This document shows positions 25,277-37,954 of a stretch of DNA of 64,000 bases, piece by piece. The notes beneath the pieces were generated by a model. That model was not told where the DNA came from, made no database searches, and saw nothing but the letters and a program-made list of their open reading frames with translations. Origin of the DNA: Stegostoma tigrinum (Eukaryota); assembly GCF_030684315.1 (NCBI RefSeq), contig NC_081383.1:19947942-20011941 (forward strand). The letters run 5' to 3'. Position 1 is the first letter of the stretch; every line of letters begins with the position of its first letter. A program made the translations under genes and the position numbers.

Positions 25277-28200
25277 AGTGATTTTATTGTCATGTATATT
25301 TCACAGTGAGAAGAACAATAAAATACATTGAAGAGCTTTTCCCCTGTTGCCATGATCCATGAATTGATAGTATTAAAATTGGAAGAGTTCATTCAGAACC
25401 TAGATGAGAATGTTATATGTAGTTTACTGCACAGTATTCACTTACTTCAGTGCATGAAAAAAGTTAAATATGACAAAACACCCTCACATTGTTTTCTCTG
25501 TTAAAACAAGTGTTAATATGAAAATCATTCAAGTGAATGACTTCTGCCTCTTTGGTAATTAATGCTAGCTATAAGCAAAAAGTACTTAACAACTGCAATG
25601 CTATTGCTCTGAATCTTATTTTGATACTTAATAGTTGATGCAGTACGCATGTAGTTTGATAAAATGATTAACATTGCATTGAGAGCCTTCTTAAACTCCA
25701 TTTTAATTTGCCAAAATATAATTTAAATGAATGATAGGTCAAGTGATTTCCTGACATGCATTCACTATGAATGCTGTCCATTACTGGAGGAGTGTTATCA
25801 GGGATTCATCTCTTATCTGTGAAAACTAGGGTCCACTTTTATGCTGAAGAATATTTAGAGAATGCTTGATATGGTTAAGAATGTCATAATGTTACCTTAC
25901 CATCTACAACCAGTAGATGAAGTAGGTGGTGAATGGTACTACAAAAGGGCTGGATTTTATCAGTGGTGGGTGGTTGAACAGACGAATATCTATTGTTGAA
26001 TGAAGCAGCGAAAGGTTTTCAGTGATTTACAAAGGTTTAATTGTAAATCTAAAGTTTAACACAAATACCAGTTTCCACCTTTTTCTTCTGGACACTTTCC
26101 TTGTCCAGAGGCTAATTCCCCACTGGCAATGAAACCAAATTAGTTTCATATTAAGAAGTGCTCTTACACACAACTGAATTTTTTTTATACCACCACATCA
26201 TCAGTGGTAATTTTTCCAACTGTTGACCACACCAATAAATGATCCCACCTTTTAATCACAAAGTCCAATGAACAGCTCACCAGTCTCAATTATCTCTGAA
26301 GATGTGCTGGTTTAATTTAGAATCATGTTTAAGAATTAAGGTTTTATTGTTACATATACTCAAGTACAAAAGTACAGGAGTACAATGAAAAGTGCACAAA
26401 GTTCTCATTCTCCAGCGCCAACTTAGGTATTAAAACCTAAGTAAGAAGAAAGCAAACATCTCAGATACAAAACCAAACCAACCATTTGAGGTACAAAACC
26501 TAAAAAGGACCCGTATTTTTAACATGGGTGTCCTAATGCCAAGCTGGAAAGTCAATACAACCGAGTGTTTAGTTGACCTCTGACAAGATCTTTTTAGAAC
26601 TGTGTCCCAACCGCTTAAAAGACAGGAGCCTATCTCCAAGAACTACCATCTATTTGAAGGATTGATAACTCTTAACTTGTAGAAGTGCCACTGAGTGTGA
26701 TATTTACTGCTGGGACTGCAAGTGTCAAAACTGGATATTAACTTCCCCACAAGAGGTTGGAGTGCTAATGGAAAGGATAATGAGGTTTTCCACGGGATAA
26801 CCTTTGTCACTTGGGACCCCTGGACCACAGATTACCAAAACAGGCAGCCTGCCCTAGCCAACAGCATAATTGCCAGGTTTCACTGGGAGGTGTCCTCACA
26901 TAGTGGGAAGGCCACCAGCATAAATTTCCAGTTGGTATCTCCAACAAGAATACAACAAATATACAACATTATGCAACAGGTAAATTGCCGGTGATTGTAA
27001 AAATAAATTGTTAGTCCCTGTTGCAAATAAAATTCTATTGCATTGGAAAGGTAACAGGTAGTCTATGACCTCACCTTCTCAAACAATTTTCTAACAAACA
27101 TCCATCTCCCTGTCTTTAGAGGGTTCTTAAATTGAGCCCATTAGTGTGGAAAGCTCAACTCCTTGGGAGGCTAAATCATTAATGCTAAAATGCAGGTGGG
27201 AGTTTCACTTTGTGGTCTAGTTTTGCACAGTGCTGGAATTCTTCAATGAACAGCCTCAAGCATGAAGGGAGATGGAAATTTGCTGGCATGTCACATATCT
27301 CTTAGCTTTGTAACATTACAGAGTCAGATTGGAATCTCATTCCAAAGTATTTCCCAACCCTTTGCAATTTGATGGTAGTTTGTACAAGGATCAAAGTAAT
27401 TGCAATTACTCCACATTCCCATATGTGTCTTCATGCTTCTCGGAACCAGACCACACCTAGTCCCAAGATTATGTTCAGCTGAGAGCTGAGCTTTAAACCC
27501 TACATTCTGCTAATTTACCTTTGTAAGATCTCACGCACTGACCTCTATCAGGATGCACCATCATTTACATTGTTTCCAATTTATTATCCTTTCTAAATTA
27601 TTTCAATTTTTCTTCGCTAGTTTTTCCATTATGTACCCTCAATCAATTCTACTTTTTCAAAATTGAAATATATCCATTTCAAACCAAGCCCCATTTATCA
27701 TTCACTTCACCCTTTTTAAAATAACAGCTTCTTTGATTCTTGATTCCATAAAGTATAAAGTTTAAATTCCTCATCTTTATGTTTCAAATCCCTCCACTGC
27801 TGCTTTGACATTTCCTGCAATGAGGGAATGTCACTGCCTGCCATTTCGTATTTAAGTCACATGCCACCCTGACTTGGAACTGTACTGCCATCCCTTCACT
27901 GTCCTGCCATCACTTCACTGTCAAAATCCTGAAACTCACTCCCTAACAGTGTTGCTACACCATAAATATTGTGGAGGTTCAAGAAGGCGGCTCATCACAA
28001 TCATCCTAAAGGCAATTGAGAGGAGGTAATAAATGCTGGTTTTCCTACATCCATGAACATTAAAAGAAAACTGCCTTCAGCTTTATGTCTGTGAATTGCA
28101 TCTTATGGTCTGAGACAATGGCCCTTTTCCAAAGGACACAGATATATGGAGGTTGGCAAAGAAACCAAGGTAACATGAGGAAATTGTTTTTGGAAAATAA

Positions 28201-29574
28201 AGATTTTGTGATCTGGAATGCCATGCCTGAAAAGTGGTGGAAGCAGATTCCATTGATACTTTCAAAAGGGAATTGGATAAAAAGAGAAGAAAAATATATG
28301 ACAGTGGGAAAAACATAGGGAGAGGAACTAATTGTGAGTTCTTTCAACAAACCAGTGCAGGAAAATAGCTCCACTAACCTCCTTTTGTGCTGTACCACTC
28401 TACTATTAGTAATGCAGAATAAATGGTAACAATGCTGAACTGGTCAATCAATAATCCAAACTTAAAGGGCAAAAAAACCAATAGATTTTACAATATATTG
28501 GAAAAAAATAAATGGAAAGCATTTGGAATCTTTGGAAATGTGGTAAAGGAAATAAAATTTGAATCTGGAAATATACAAGACTGCAAACAATAGACAGTAA
28601 AATGTCCTCCCAGTAATTTAATAATCAGGGAAAATGCTTAATGGCTGGATGTGCAAACCCTGTACATAACAGCTCAATAATAAATTACCCTATCCACAAT
28701 GTGTCAGAATTTGCTGGAGTTGAGCATCTTTATTACATTTCAAAATCAAAAATGATCTTAAGAATATTTATTGCTGTAATTTGCTGGTAATTTGTACTGA
28801 TTACAGCACAATAAGGGCAAGAGGGCATATGAATGGCAGGAGCAACGATATATTCCCTCTACCAATTCTACTTAGGCAAGGCTGGATTTCACAACCTTAT
28901 CAAATACATGTGAAGAATTAAAGACAAAAAGATATATTGAATTAAGAAGGATGAGAGACAGAAAGGAAGTACAGAAAAGAAAATTAAAATCTAAAATTAA
29001 AAAAAAACTCCCATGTTAATTAAATATCTAGAGGATACCTTTATAATTGTTCACTTTCTGGGCCAGTGACTTTGATTAGCAGTTATCAGTAATGATCATG
29101 TAGTTGAACGGGTGCTAATGTTATTAATTATGAGACATCTTTCTTAGTGGCTGTATAATGTGCAACAGCAGTAACTTCACAGAAGTCAGGAGGAGATGGA
29201 GGGTGAAGTGCCATTCCTTTGATGGTAATGAGTGGTGAAAATTAGTCAATAAATTTGGGGATTTACAATTCAGAGGGAACCTACTCTTTGCCTCAAGTTG
29301 TTGACCAATTACCACATCAATGAAATACATCTTGTTCATATGCTGTTATTATATTAGCAAATTTTGGCATAATAAAACAAGAAATTCTCCACATGAAAAG
29401 CCTAACCCACCTTTTGTTTGCAATTGTTTTTGCACTTGTCTACTCCTTCACTGTCTCCTTCGCCTTCATAATCTACCCAATGCTAGTTAGTTAGATCTTC
29501 CTTTCTCTCTCAGCTGTGAATCAGTTTGCATCACTATGATCCAAAATTCACTCCATCAAATTAAAACACAAAAA

Positions 29575-29718
29575 ATCTAGGCTGACCCTCCAGTATAAAA
29601 CCAAGGGTATGCTGCATTGCTGGAGGTGCTATCTTTCAGAAGATATGATAAACTGAGGAACTGTTTGCTTTCTCAGGTGGATTAAAAAAACCCATGACAC
29701 TGTTCTGACGAAGAACAG
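29575..29718 (+). mobile_element. Deu-domain SINE (SacSINE1/AmnSINE-like) fragment
   Basis: aggctgaccctccagt..gctgcattgctggaggtgctatctttcaga..taaactgagg..ctcaggtgga matches the Deu core. Similar copies occur at about 9400-9990, 44050-44780 and 49255-49570. Confidence 0.6.
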
Positions 29719-29922
29719 AGATAATGGGATCTGCAGGTGCTGGAGAATCTGAGATCACAAAGTGTGGAGCTGGATGAACACAGCAGGCCAAGCAGCATCT
29801 TAGGAGCACAAAAACTGACGTTTCGGACTTAGATCTGATGAAGGGTCTCGAAACGTCAGCTTTTGTGCTCCTAAGATGCTGCTAGGCCTGCTGTGTTCAT
29901 CCAGCTCCACACTTTGTTATCT
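29719..29922. mobile_element. Fold-back Neptune-terminus mini-element with TSD and central hammerhead
   Basis: Arms of about 75 bp, 29751-29825 and 29849-29923. Flanks are ctgacgaagaacag (29705-29718) and ctgaagaagagcag (29923-29936). CTGATGA-agggtctc-GAAACGTC lies at 29835-29857. Confidence 0.85.
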
Positions 29923-30812
29923 CTGAAGAAGAGCAGTTTGGCAAACTCACCCTGAATTGCGTGTAGTCTAACTTTACTAATTAGTCTACCATGCAAAACT
30001 TTGTGGAAGGCTTTACTGAAGTTCATGTAAACAACATTTACCATTGTACCCTCATCAATTTTTTTTCGGTTACTTCCTCAAAAAAATCAAGTTTGAGAGA
30101 CACCATGACTGGAAAATATCAAAGTGAAGGCAACTGTCTGTAATAAAGCAATTTATACTTATGATGAAAAGATTGAAGCACTGATTAGTTCCCAATAAAC
30201 GAGGTCATTTCACACATACTTGGTCCAACTCACAGTGTACCCCACAACCGGGGCACTTTGTCATCACTCAAACGTTCAGAACTCTGAACCCTGAATTACT
30301 TTACAATCGGAAGATTCCATATTTTGTGGAGTTTGTAGCCCCAAGCCCATCAAATTTTTTAGATGCGTTATTAATGCAAAGATCACAGTTTTCTTCGCTG
30401 TTTTGAGTTATCACTTCCCGATGCCCGAGCAATTTTACACAAGCCATTCTCTGCGGATCAGAAGCGGTGAGAATTCATGAAGAGAGAATTATTTTGGGGA
30501 CAGAATGCAAGATTAGAAACTTTCCCACGCATTAATGTTAATAAATGCAGCACATTATTGTGGTCACACATCTGTTGGAGCCGAAAGGAGCTACTTCACA
30601 AATGCAAGTGAGAGAATCTGTCACTATTTCCAAATGTCCAATCCCTCCCAAACTCCTGATTGCGGATTTAATTTATTCTCTTCTCTGACCTAGATTAAGA
30701 AAAGCATCCGCAGTGCACTTTTTAAAAATACGGTAAACTACGACATTATCCATCATGAGTTGCAGATGCCTTGTAAATACAAATTTAACAAAACAAACAT
30801 GTAACGGTCTAC

Positions 30813-31063
30813 CTTCGATACAGATTGACAATGTCATTAAGAGCATCAGCCCACTTCCAGCGGTAGTACAGCAGCAGGATATTAGAAGGTCTGCTGATCC
30901 ACTGTTTGGATGCATTTCCGATTGATTTGAGCAAGATTACTGCATCTCTCCGGGCTGCGTTTAACAAAGCTTCGTGACTTTTGATTAAATCCACTGACCA
31001 GAGCGCCCGGTATCGCTTGTTGGAAATGTCACACTGCTGCAACATGTCTGGATGGACTGTCAT
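30813..31063 (-). CDS. Uncharacterised gene, first coding exon (start uncertain: ATG 31063, 31045, or ORF extends to 31426)
   Basis: MTVHPDMLQQCDISNKRYRALWSVDLIKSHEALLNAARRDAVILLKSIG..YYRWKWADALNDIVNLYR(R)|gtagac. Its phase 2 end matches the phase-2 acceptor at 18708. Confidence 0.65.
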
Positions 31064-31159
31064 CTGGTGGAGCTGCTGGTGTTTGCAGTCATAGCGCTCA
31101 GCCACTGCAGATAGCCATCTCTCTCTACCTATGTATCTCACCGAGATTGCAACAAATTT

Positions 31160-31305
31160 CACTGACGTCACAGTGATGGACTTGCTGTGAAATGATTTTA
31201 AACTCAGCCCCCGCCAAGTTACAAATATAGAAACGGTATCATAGCAACAACTGGCAGCAAGTCCCACGAGTGTCGAACGGGTGTCAGGCCAATCAGTGAT
31301 AAGAG
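31160..31305 (-). promoter_or_regulatory. Putative promoter of the uncharacterised gene
   Basis: CRE TGACGTCA 31163-31170, CHR-like TTTAAA 31197-31202, E2F TTGGCGGG 31210-31217, X-box-like GTATCATAGCAAC 31236-31248 and CCAAT 31289-31293. All lie inside a CpG-retaining segment of about 30180-31500. Confidence 0.55.
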
Positions 31306-33119
31306 AATTGTAACGGATTACATGTCCTTCCTGGCTCAGGGATGAGCAAAATTTGGAGCTAAGGTGCAGAACGTTGCAAATACGCAAGATGCTAATTTCC
31401 AACACCTTTGGAATATCAATTGCCATCTGGAGATAGCAATTGCAATGACTACAACAAGTTTGTCACTCTGTGAATACCCAAGTGCGTGTAATATTGCCAG
31501 CTAGATGATTGGTGAAGGAAGAGAATTTTAAGTAGTGCAAAAGTCAGTATGAGCTTACATTCCCCCCTACCTCCCCAATACTGTTGGCTGAGAAGATTTA
31601 TTTAGCTCAGAAACCTTATTATTGAGGTGGTACCTGTTTCTGTTCCATTTTCACAGTGGCAACTGCAGATGATAGATGCCACCTGTAATCGAATGCATTT
31701 TGGGATGGAGCTCCTGCAGTAAAGAATAAATTGTGACTATCAGCTCATTGTGGTCAATGTAATGATAAGTGAGAAACAGTGATTCCTTGTTTCACTTTAT
31801 TAGTTAACAACTGAGACCATTATGAGAGAAATATTAAAGTTTCCGTTTTAAAGTTGGCAAACGTTTGAGACAGTGTGTCAACGTATGAAAACCTTCTGCT
31901 TGGGAAGAGTGGGAATAAAAAAAACACAAGTTGTGATGTTAAGCAGAAAGATGTAAAAACATAGATACACCTTTCATTTGGTGCTCCATTTCCACGAACA
32001 CTCTCCAATAGGGCTGCAGCAGTGAAACTCTCGAATCATGAAATATCTTAAGGCTTTTCATTGTTATATTAAATTGTGAGTATTGGGTCATAATTGAGGC
32101 TAATAAACTTAATGGCTTCCAGTCAATCCAGCAGAAAAGCTCAAAATTCCCATGTTGAACAAATATGAAATAATTTTTAGTTTTGCAAGATAAAGAGCAA
32201 CAGATCTGAAACACACCAAAACAGAATTTGCTGGTGAAACTCAGCTGGCCTGGCAGTATCTGTGGAGGGAAACGAGTTAACTTTTTGAGTTATTATTAGC
32301 CTGAAAAATTAACAATCAAGACTAATTCAAATGTAAACATGCACAAAGAAATTAAGGTAAAGGCGCGACGTACTTCATACTGAGTGTTTACATTGGCAGC
32401 TTTCCTGAACTATGACATTCTAAAGGATATGCATTAACATTTAATGGTAAGATTTAATCATATAATGTTTTAAAGATTTAATTACTTACCGTGCTTTACT
32501 GATAGAAATAATCTATTCTCTGAAGGATGCCATCTGTTTGACTGTTCAGATTGTATTTTGAGAAAGAACCTAACTGAAGCCAGGTTTAAAAAGAAATGGA
32601 ATAACCTGGATGTTTGACTGCGTGGTTATATAATATTTTATTATTCTAACAATTTCTGCTTAAGATTTTATCCATCCTGTAATTCTTGTTGTATTTGCTA
32701 CACATTTTTGAGATCCAAATTGAAAATGATAACATTTTTGTTTTTGGTCGTGGTTCATTGGGATATTTTGTAAATGAGACTTTTGGATGAAAGACAAAAG
32801 TTCATAGTACAGAATACTTCTAAGGATAAGAAGAAAGGATGTTCAGGTAATTTGAATTATCTTTGGACAATGAATCATAAAATACTTCATGTGGAATATG
32901 TGCAGTCAGTGTACAGGCAAAAGCCAGAGCGGAGGATAGCTGACTCTCTTCTCAGTTAGCTAATAAAGTGGGTGTACAAGCCTATGTGAGAGGGTAAGGG
33001 AGTGTACATCAGATAAACTCTGCTAATCAACCAAACAAGATAAAAAAATTGTTCGCACAAGTCATTAGTTATTTTTTATATTCCATGATGCAATTTGGCA
33101 ATGAGTGAATCTTAAATCC

Positions 33120-33560
33120 TCATAAAATTTATATCATCCTACAGAATTAGTCTTGTGGCAATTGTGGGAAGGGCTGAAGTGAAAATTCTTATGGTAGATA
33201 AACTTGTCTCTTGCATCTTCTTTGAAGTTACACGTTTTACCTTAAACATATGGCCCCATGTAACTGACATTTCTAACCTGGAAAAAGACTCAGTCTTCCT
33301 ATTCTACCTATGCCTTGCATTATTTTGTAACCATCTATCAGGTTGGCTGTCATCCTTCGACATTCAAGTGAAAACAAACCAAAGTTGTCCCATCTCCCCT
33401 CATAGCCAATACCCTCCAAAACAGGCAACATCCTGGTAAATCATTTCTGTACCCTCTCCAAAACCTTGACGTCCTTCAGGTAGTTTGGCAACCAGAACTA
33501 TATACAGTATTCTAGATGTGGCCTAACTAAAGTTTTGTACAGCCATTATTCTAGAATACA
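33120..33560 (-). mobile_element. Old CR1 3' fragment
   Basis: caggcaacatcctggtaaa..accagaact..cagtattctagatgtggcctaac is the reverse of the LVRPHLEYC/RFTRMLP region. Confidence 0.7.
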
Positions 33561-33959
33561 CAATTAAATACCCCTATAGCCAATTTCTATGTCCCAGTTA
33601 ATCTCCAAATCCTGCTGTGTTATTTCTCACATGTTTGTATTCCTTTAAGAGATCTGCATGCATTATCACTATGTCATAGCATATGATTGGGGATAAAAAG
33701 GTCTCGCTAGTGCCTCTTGAAGTGCAGTGGTAATGTCCTTACTACTATGCCAGAAGGTCCAGATTCAAGTCCTACTTGTCTCAGAGGTTGTGCCTAAACA
33801 ATTCTGAACAGGTTGGTTAAAATAAATAACAACATCAGAATTGTTTGAAGCATGACATGCTACTGGAAGCATGTTACTCAATTTTAATCTATTGTTTGTA
33901 TATAATAATTGTAATAAATCTGTAATAATCTGTTGGAGTTTGCAAAACCACAAAATTGC

Positions 33960-34545
33960 ATGAAACTAGTATGCAGTTACAGCAGGTAATAAGAAAAGCA
34001 AGTGGAATTTTGGAATTTATTGCTAAAGGAATAGGGTATACAACTAGGGAAGTGTTGCTGCAATTGTATAATGCATTAATGAAACTGTCTCTGCAATATT
34101 GCATACACTTTTGATCCCCTTACTAAAAGAGAGCTGTAGTTGTATTGGAGGCAGTTCAAAGGAGGTGCTCTGGTTAAATTCCAGAGATGAAGGTTTATCT
34201 CATGAAGATAAAATGAACAGTTTAGGCATTACTTTCTGGAGTTTAAAAGAATGAGAGGAGATCTAATTGAGGTATACAAAATGCTAAAGGAGATTGACAA
34301 AGTAGATGTAGAAAGAATGTTTCCTGATATGGGGCAATCCAGAATGAGAGGTCATTGTTTTAGGACATGGGAAAGCAGATTTATATCTAGTAGATTTTTA
34401 ATTAGTCATAGGCTGAAGGGTTATGGACAGCAGGCAGGAAATGGGAATTGAGGCCAAGATGTAATCAGCCATGATCATACCAAGTGTCAGAGCAGGCTCG
34501 AGAGGCTGAGTTTCCCACTTCTACTCCTAGTGCTTATATTCATGC
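33960..34545 (+). mobile_element. Old CR1 3' fragment
   Basis: MRGDLIEVYKMLKEIDKVDVERMFP..RMRGH. Confidence 0.75.
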
Positions 34546-35461
34546 AAAATGGGGAAATACTGCAAGCATTGCCATACCAAGGAAAGTACCTTGCTGGAGG
34601 CAAAATCACATCAAGGTTAGCAGCAGCGGCTGTCCGTAAAAAGACTCCACTGTCTTCACAGTAGATATTTGGAAAATGAATTGAAGATTAACTGGACAAT
34701 AGCTCTGGCTAACAGAGAATTTTGAGAACCAGCAGTATAAGTTCCTATGCGCATAGATATCTGTACAGATCTGTAGATAGGGTGAGATAACAGAGCTGAT
34801 TTATTATGATTAGAATATAAATTTTGTCTAGATAAAGGAAATGTGTCCAGTGTGCTTTTCTTAAAAATAGATCAAGATAATCAATCAAGACCAAAAGCTA
34901 CAGACCTGTAGTGAAGCACAGTGAGTACGCTACCTCTCTCTCTGTAAAAATATACACAAAAAACAGACTACTGATCTGATTTTAAAACAACAGAAGTTAA
35001 ATAGTCCTGAAAGCACAAACGCCAACTGAAAGCAAATACAGTTTTAAAACACCAATAAGGTATTTTTCTACATGAAAGAGGCTGACCCGTGTCAAGATAT
35101 CATTCAGTTCCACTATTTTCATTCTCCAAATTGGTATGAGTTTTTTTAACATGACTGTGTGAAATCATCACTCCTTTTTGGCATGAATACTATCTAGATG
35201 CAAGAATGCAAAAAAAACCCAACAAGGAATGTCAAAATCAATAAAACCATTATGGTTATATTAGGAAGAAAGAAGGCTCTTGAGAATATTATAAGGCTGT
35301 AAAAATTGACAATGATGATAATATAATTAAAAGTAAGGAGATCATGGACATGTCAAATAGTTTATTTGCATTAATATGTATAATAGAGGAAGAGCATAAA
35401 ATTCCAAGGAAACTGGTACTGAATCAGGGATGGGAATTCACAAAAAAATTAATCAACAATC

Positions 35462-36927
35462 AGAGATAGTAAGAACTGCTGATGCTGGAGTCAGAGATAA
35501 CATAGTGTGGAGCTGGAGGAACACAGCAGGCCAGGCAGCATCAGAGGAGCAGGAAAGGTGGCGTTTCAGGTCGAGACTGTTCTTCCAAAATGGGGGAGGG
35601 AGAAGGGAGCTGTGAAATAAATAGAGAGAGGAGGGGTGGAGCTGGGGAATGCAGGAGGGACAGTGATAGGTGAGTGCAGGTAGGCAGTGGTGGGGATGGG
35701 TCAGTGAGGTGGGAGGAATGGATAGGTGGGAGAGAAGATGGACAGGTCAAGGAGGCGGGGATGAGAGGGAGAGATGGTCATGGGATGAGGCTGGGGGTGG
35801 GGAAGTTTTGAAACTAGTGAAGTCCACATTGAAACTATTGGGTTGTAGGTTCCCAAGGCAGAATATGAGGTGCAGCTCCTCTAGTTTCTGGGCGGTGTCG
35901 TTGTGACACTGGAGGAGGCCCAGGATGTACATGTCGTCTAGGGAGTGGGAGGAGGAGTTGAAGTGGTTCGCAACTGTAAGGTGTTGTCGTTTGATGCGAA
36001 CAGAGCGCAGATGCTCTACAAAGCAGTCTCCGAGCCTCTGCTTGGCCTCACTGATGTAGAGGATGCCACGTCAGGAGCAGTGGATGCAATAGACCACATT
36101 AGCAGATGTGCAGGTGAACAGCTGTCTGATGTAGAAGGTTTTGTTTGGATTCTTAGATAGAGATGAGGGACAGTGTAAGGGCAGGTGTAGCACCTCCTGT
36201 GGTTGCAGGGTAAGGTGCAGGGGCTGGTGGAGCTAGTGGGGAGTGTGGAGCCGACGAAGGAGTCGCAGAGACAGCGGTCCTTACGGAAGGCAGATAGGTG
36301 TGGGGAGGGAAATATATCCTTGGCTGTGGGGTCAGATTGCAGGTGTCGGAAGTGGCGGAGAATTATACGTTGAACCTGGAGGTTAGTGGGGTGATACATG
36401 AGGACAAGGGAGATACTGCCTTTTCTTTGTTGTGTAGATGGGATGTGAGGGCGGAGGTGTGGAAAATGCAAGAGATGTGGTTGAGAGCATTTTCGACCAC
36501 TAAAAGGGGTAAGTTGCTGTCCTTGAAATAAAAGGACATTTGGGATGTTTGGGAGTGGAATGCCCCATATTGGGAGCAGATGTGGCAGAGGTGGAGGAGT
36601 TTGGAGTAGGGGATCACATTCTTGCAGGAAAGTGGGTGAAGAGGAGGTATAGCCTAAGCTGTGGAAATCGTTGGGCTTGAAATAGATATCAGTTTTGAGG
36701 TGGTCACCAGAGATGGAGACAGAGAAGTCCAGGAAGGAGAGACAGGTATCAGAGATGTTCCAGGTGAAGTTGAGGTTGGACTGAAAGGCGTTAGTAAAAT
36801 GGATGAACTGTTCAAGCTCCTCGTGGGAGCGCGAGGCGGCACCGATACAGTCATCGATGTAACAGAGGAAGAGGTGTAGGATTGTGCCAGTGTAGCTGTG
36901 GAAGAGGGAGTGTTCCATGTATACTAC
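35462..36927 (-). mobile_element. Neptune-type Penelope element, truncated and decayed
   Basis: MEHSLFHSY..CYIDDCIG RT remnant, PCNHRRCYTC linker and a pLTR terminus similar to 4135-4600. Confidence 0.9.
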
Positions 36928-37954
36928 AATGGTAGAAAAGGGTTGGCAGTTAAATGGCCTTCACTTGTGCCTATGCCAGGACACAATGCATGTTAACATG
37001 CAGAAAAGAAGATAAAGGTTAATATGAAACAACTTATCTGCTTGTCACATAATGTGAAATGTACTATGTCAAAACAGAAATAGGTTGAACACTTAAACAA
37101 TGTATCTCATTGCATATAACAGGAATAATGTACAAATAATTCTGTTTCTGGTACCAGGATACCAAATGCTTTCGGGATTAGGGGAATTATATTTTTATCA
37201 TATTTTTAAAAATCCTTTAAGTTCATGTTGTAGATAAATATTTTGGTTTATTCTTTGTCATCTTCATTTCTATTGCACAAGAAACTTCTATTTATTGTTA
37301 TAGCAAAATCTATAACCTTGCGGTTTATATTTTGGTGAGAGACCATCTCATTAAAATCAAAAATACATGATGTGATCTAACATTGTAGACTTCAATCTGG
37401 AGTCTGATTGTTAAGCAATCACCTCAGCTGGGATCATAAGGCTACTGTTAACAGATTTTGAAAGCTTTACAAGATCTGCTGTTCCCACATTCAAAAGTGG
37501 TGAAATCATCTGTCTGGATGGGCTTTGGGGAAAAATTAACACTCGTTCAAGCTGTATTCTAACACTGCATGGCACTAAGGAAATATTAACTTTCATGATC
37601 GTGCATCTGAAATTTGTATCTTGAGTTCTGCTATGGTCTTCATCAGTTTGACAGGCATCCTGATGCAGACCTTTTCTCACCCACCTATCCTTGTTCACCC
37701 CTCAGCATTTGCAATTTTGTATAGGCTGCTAAATGAGCATGCAATGCTTAACTTTACTCCAAGTTACAGAGTTTGTGCTTGAAACCTTTTTTTTCCACTG
37801 GAACATTGTGCTATGAGGCAGTGTTGGATGTTAATGGAACATTGGGTATCACCCATCCCTAAATGAGATCATGCTCCCTTGTAAAACACAGAGCTAGAAT
37901 GAACCATTGCTCTGAGTCAAATATACTCATGAATAGACATTCAATCAAAATCAA

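Noticed and set aside
29751-29923. Long hairpins as pre-miRNAs or as CRISPR/terminator structures
   Set aside because: The arms are Penelope terminal sequence found throughout the window; eukaryotic context, no repeat-spacer array.
37411-37698. 95-aa minus-strand ORF ending at a GT donor
   Set aside because: No convincing acceptor or partner exon and no recognisable homology.
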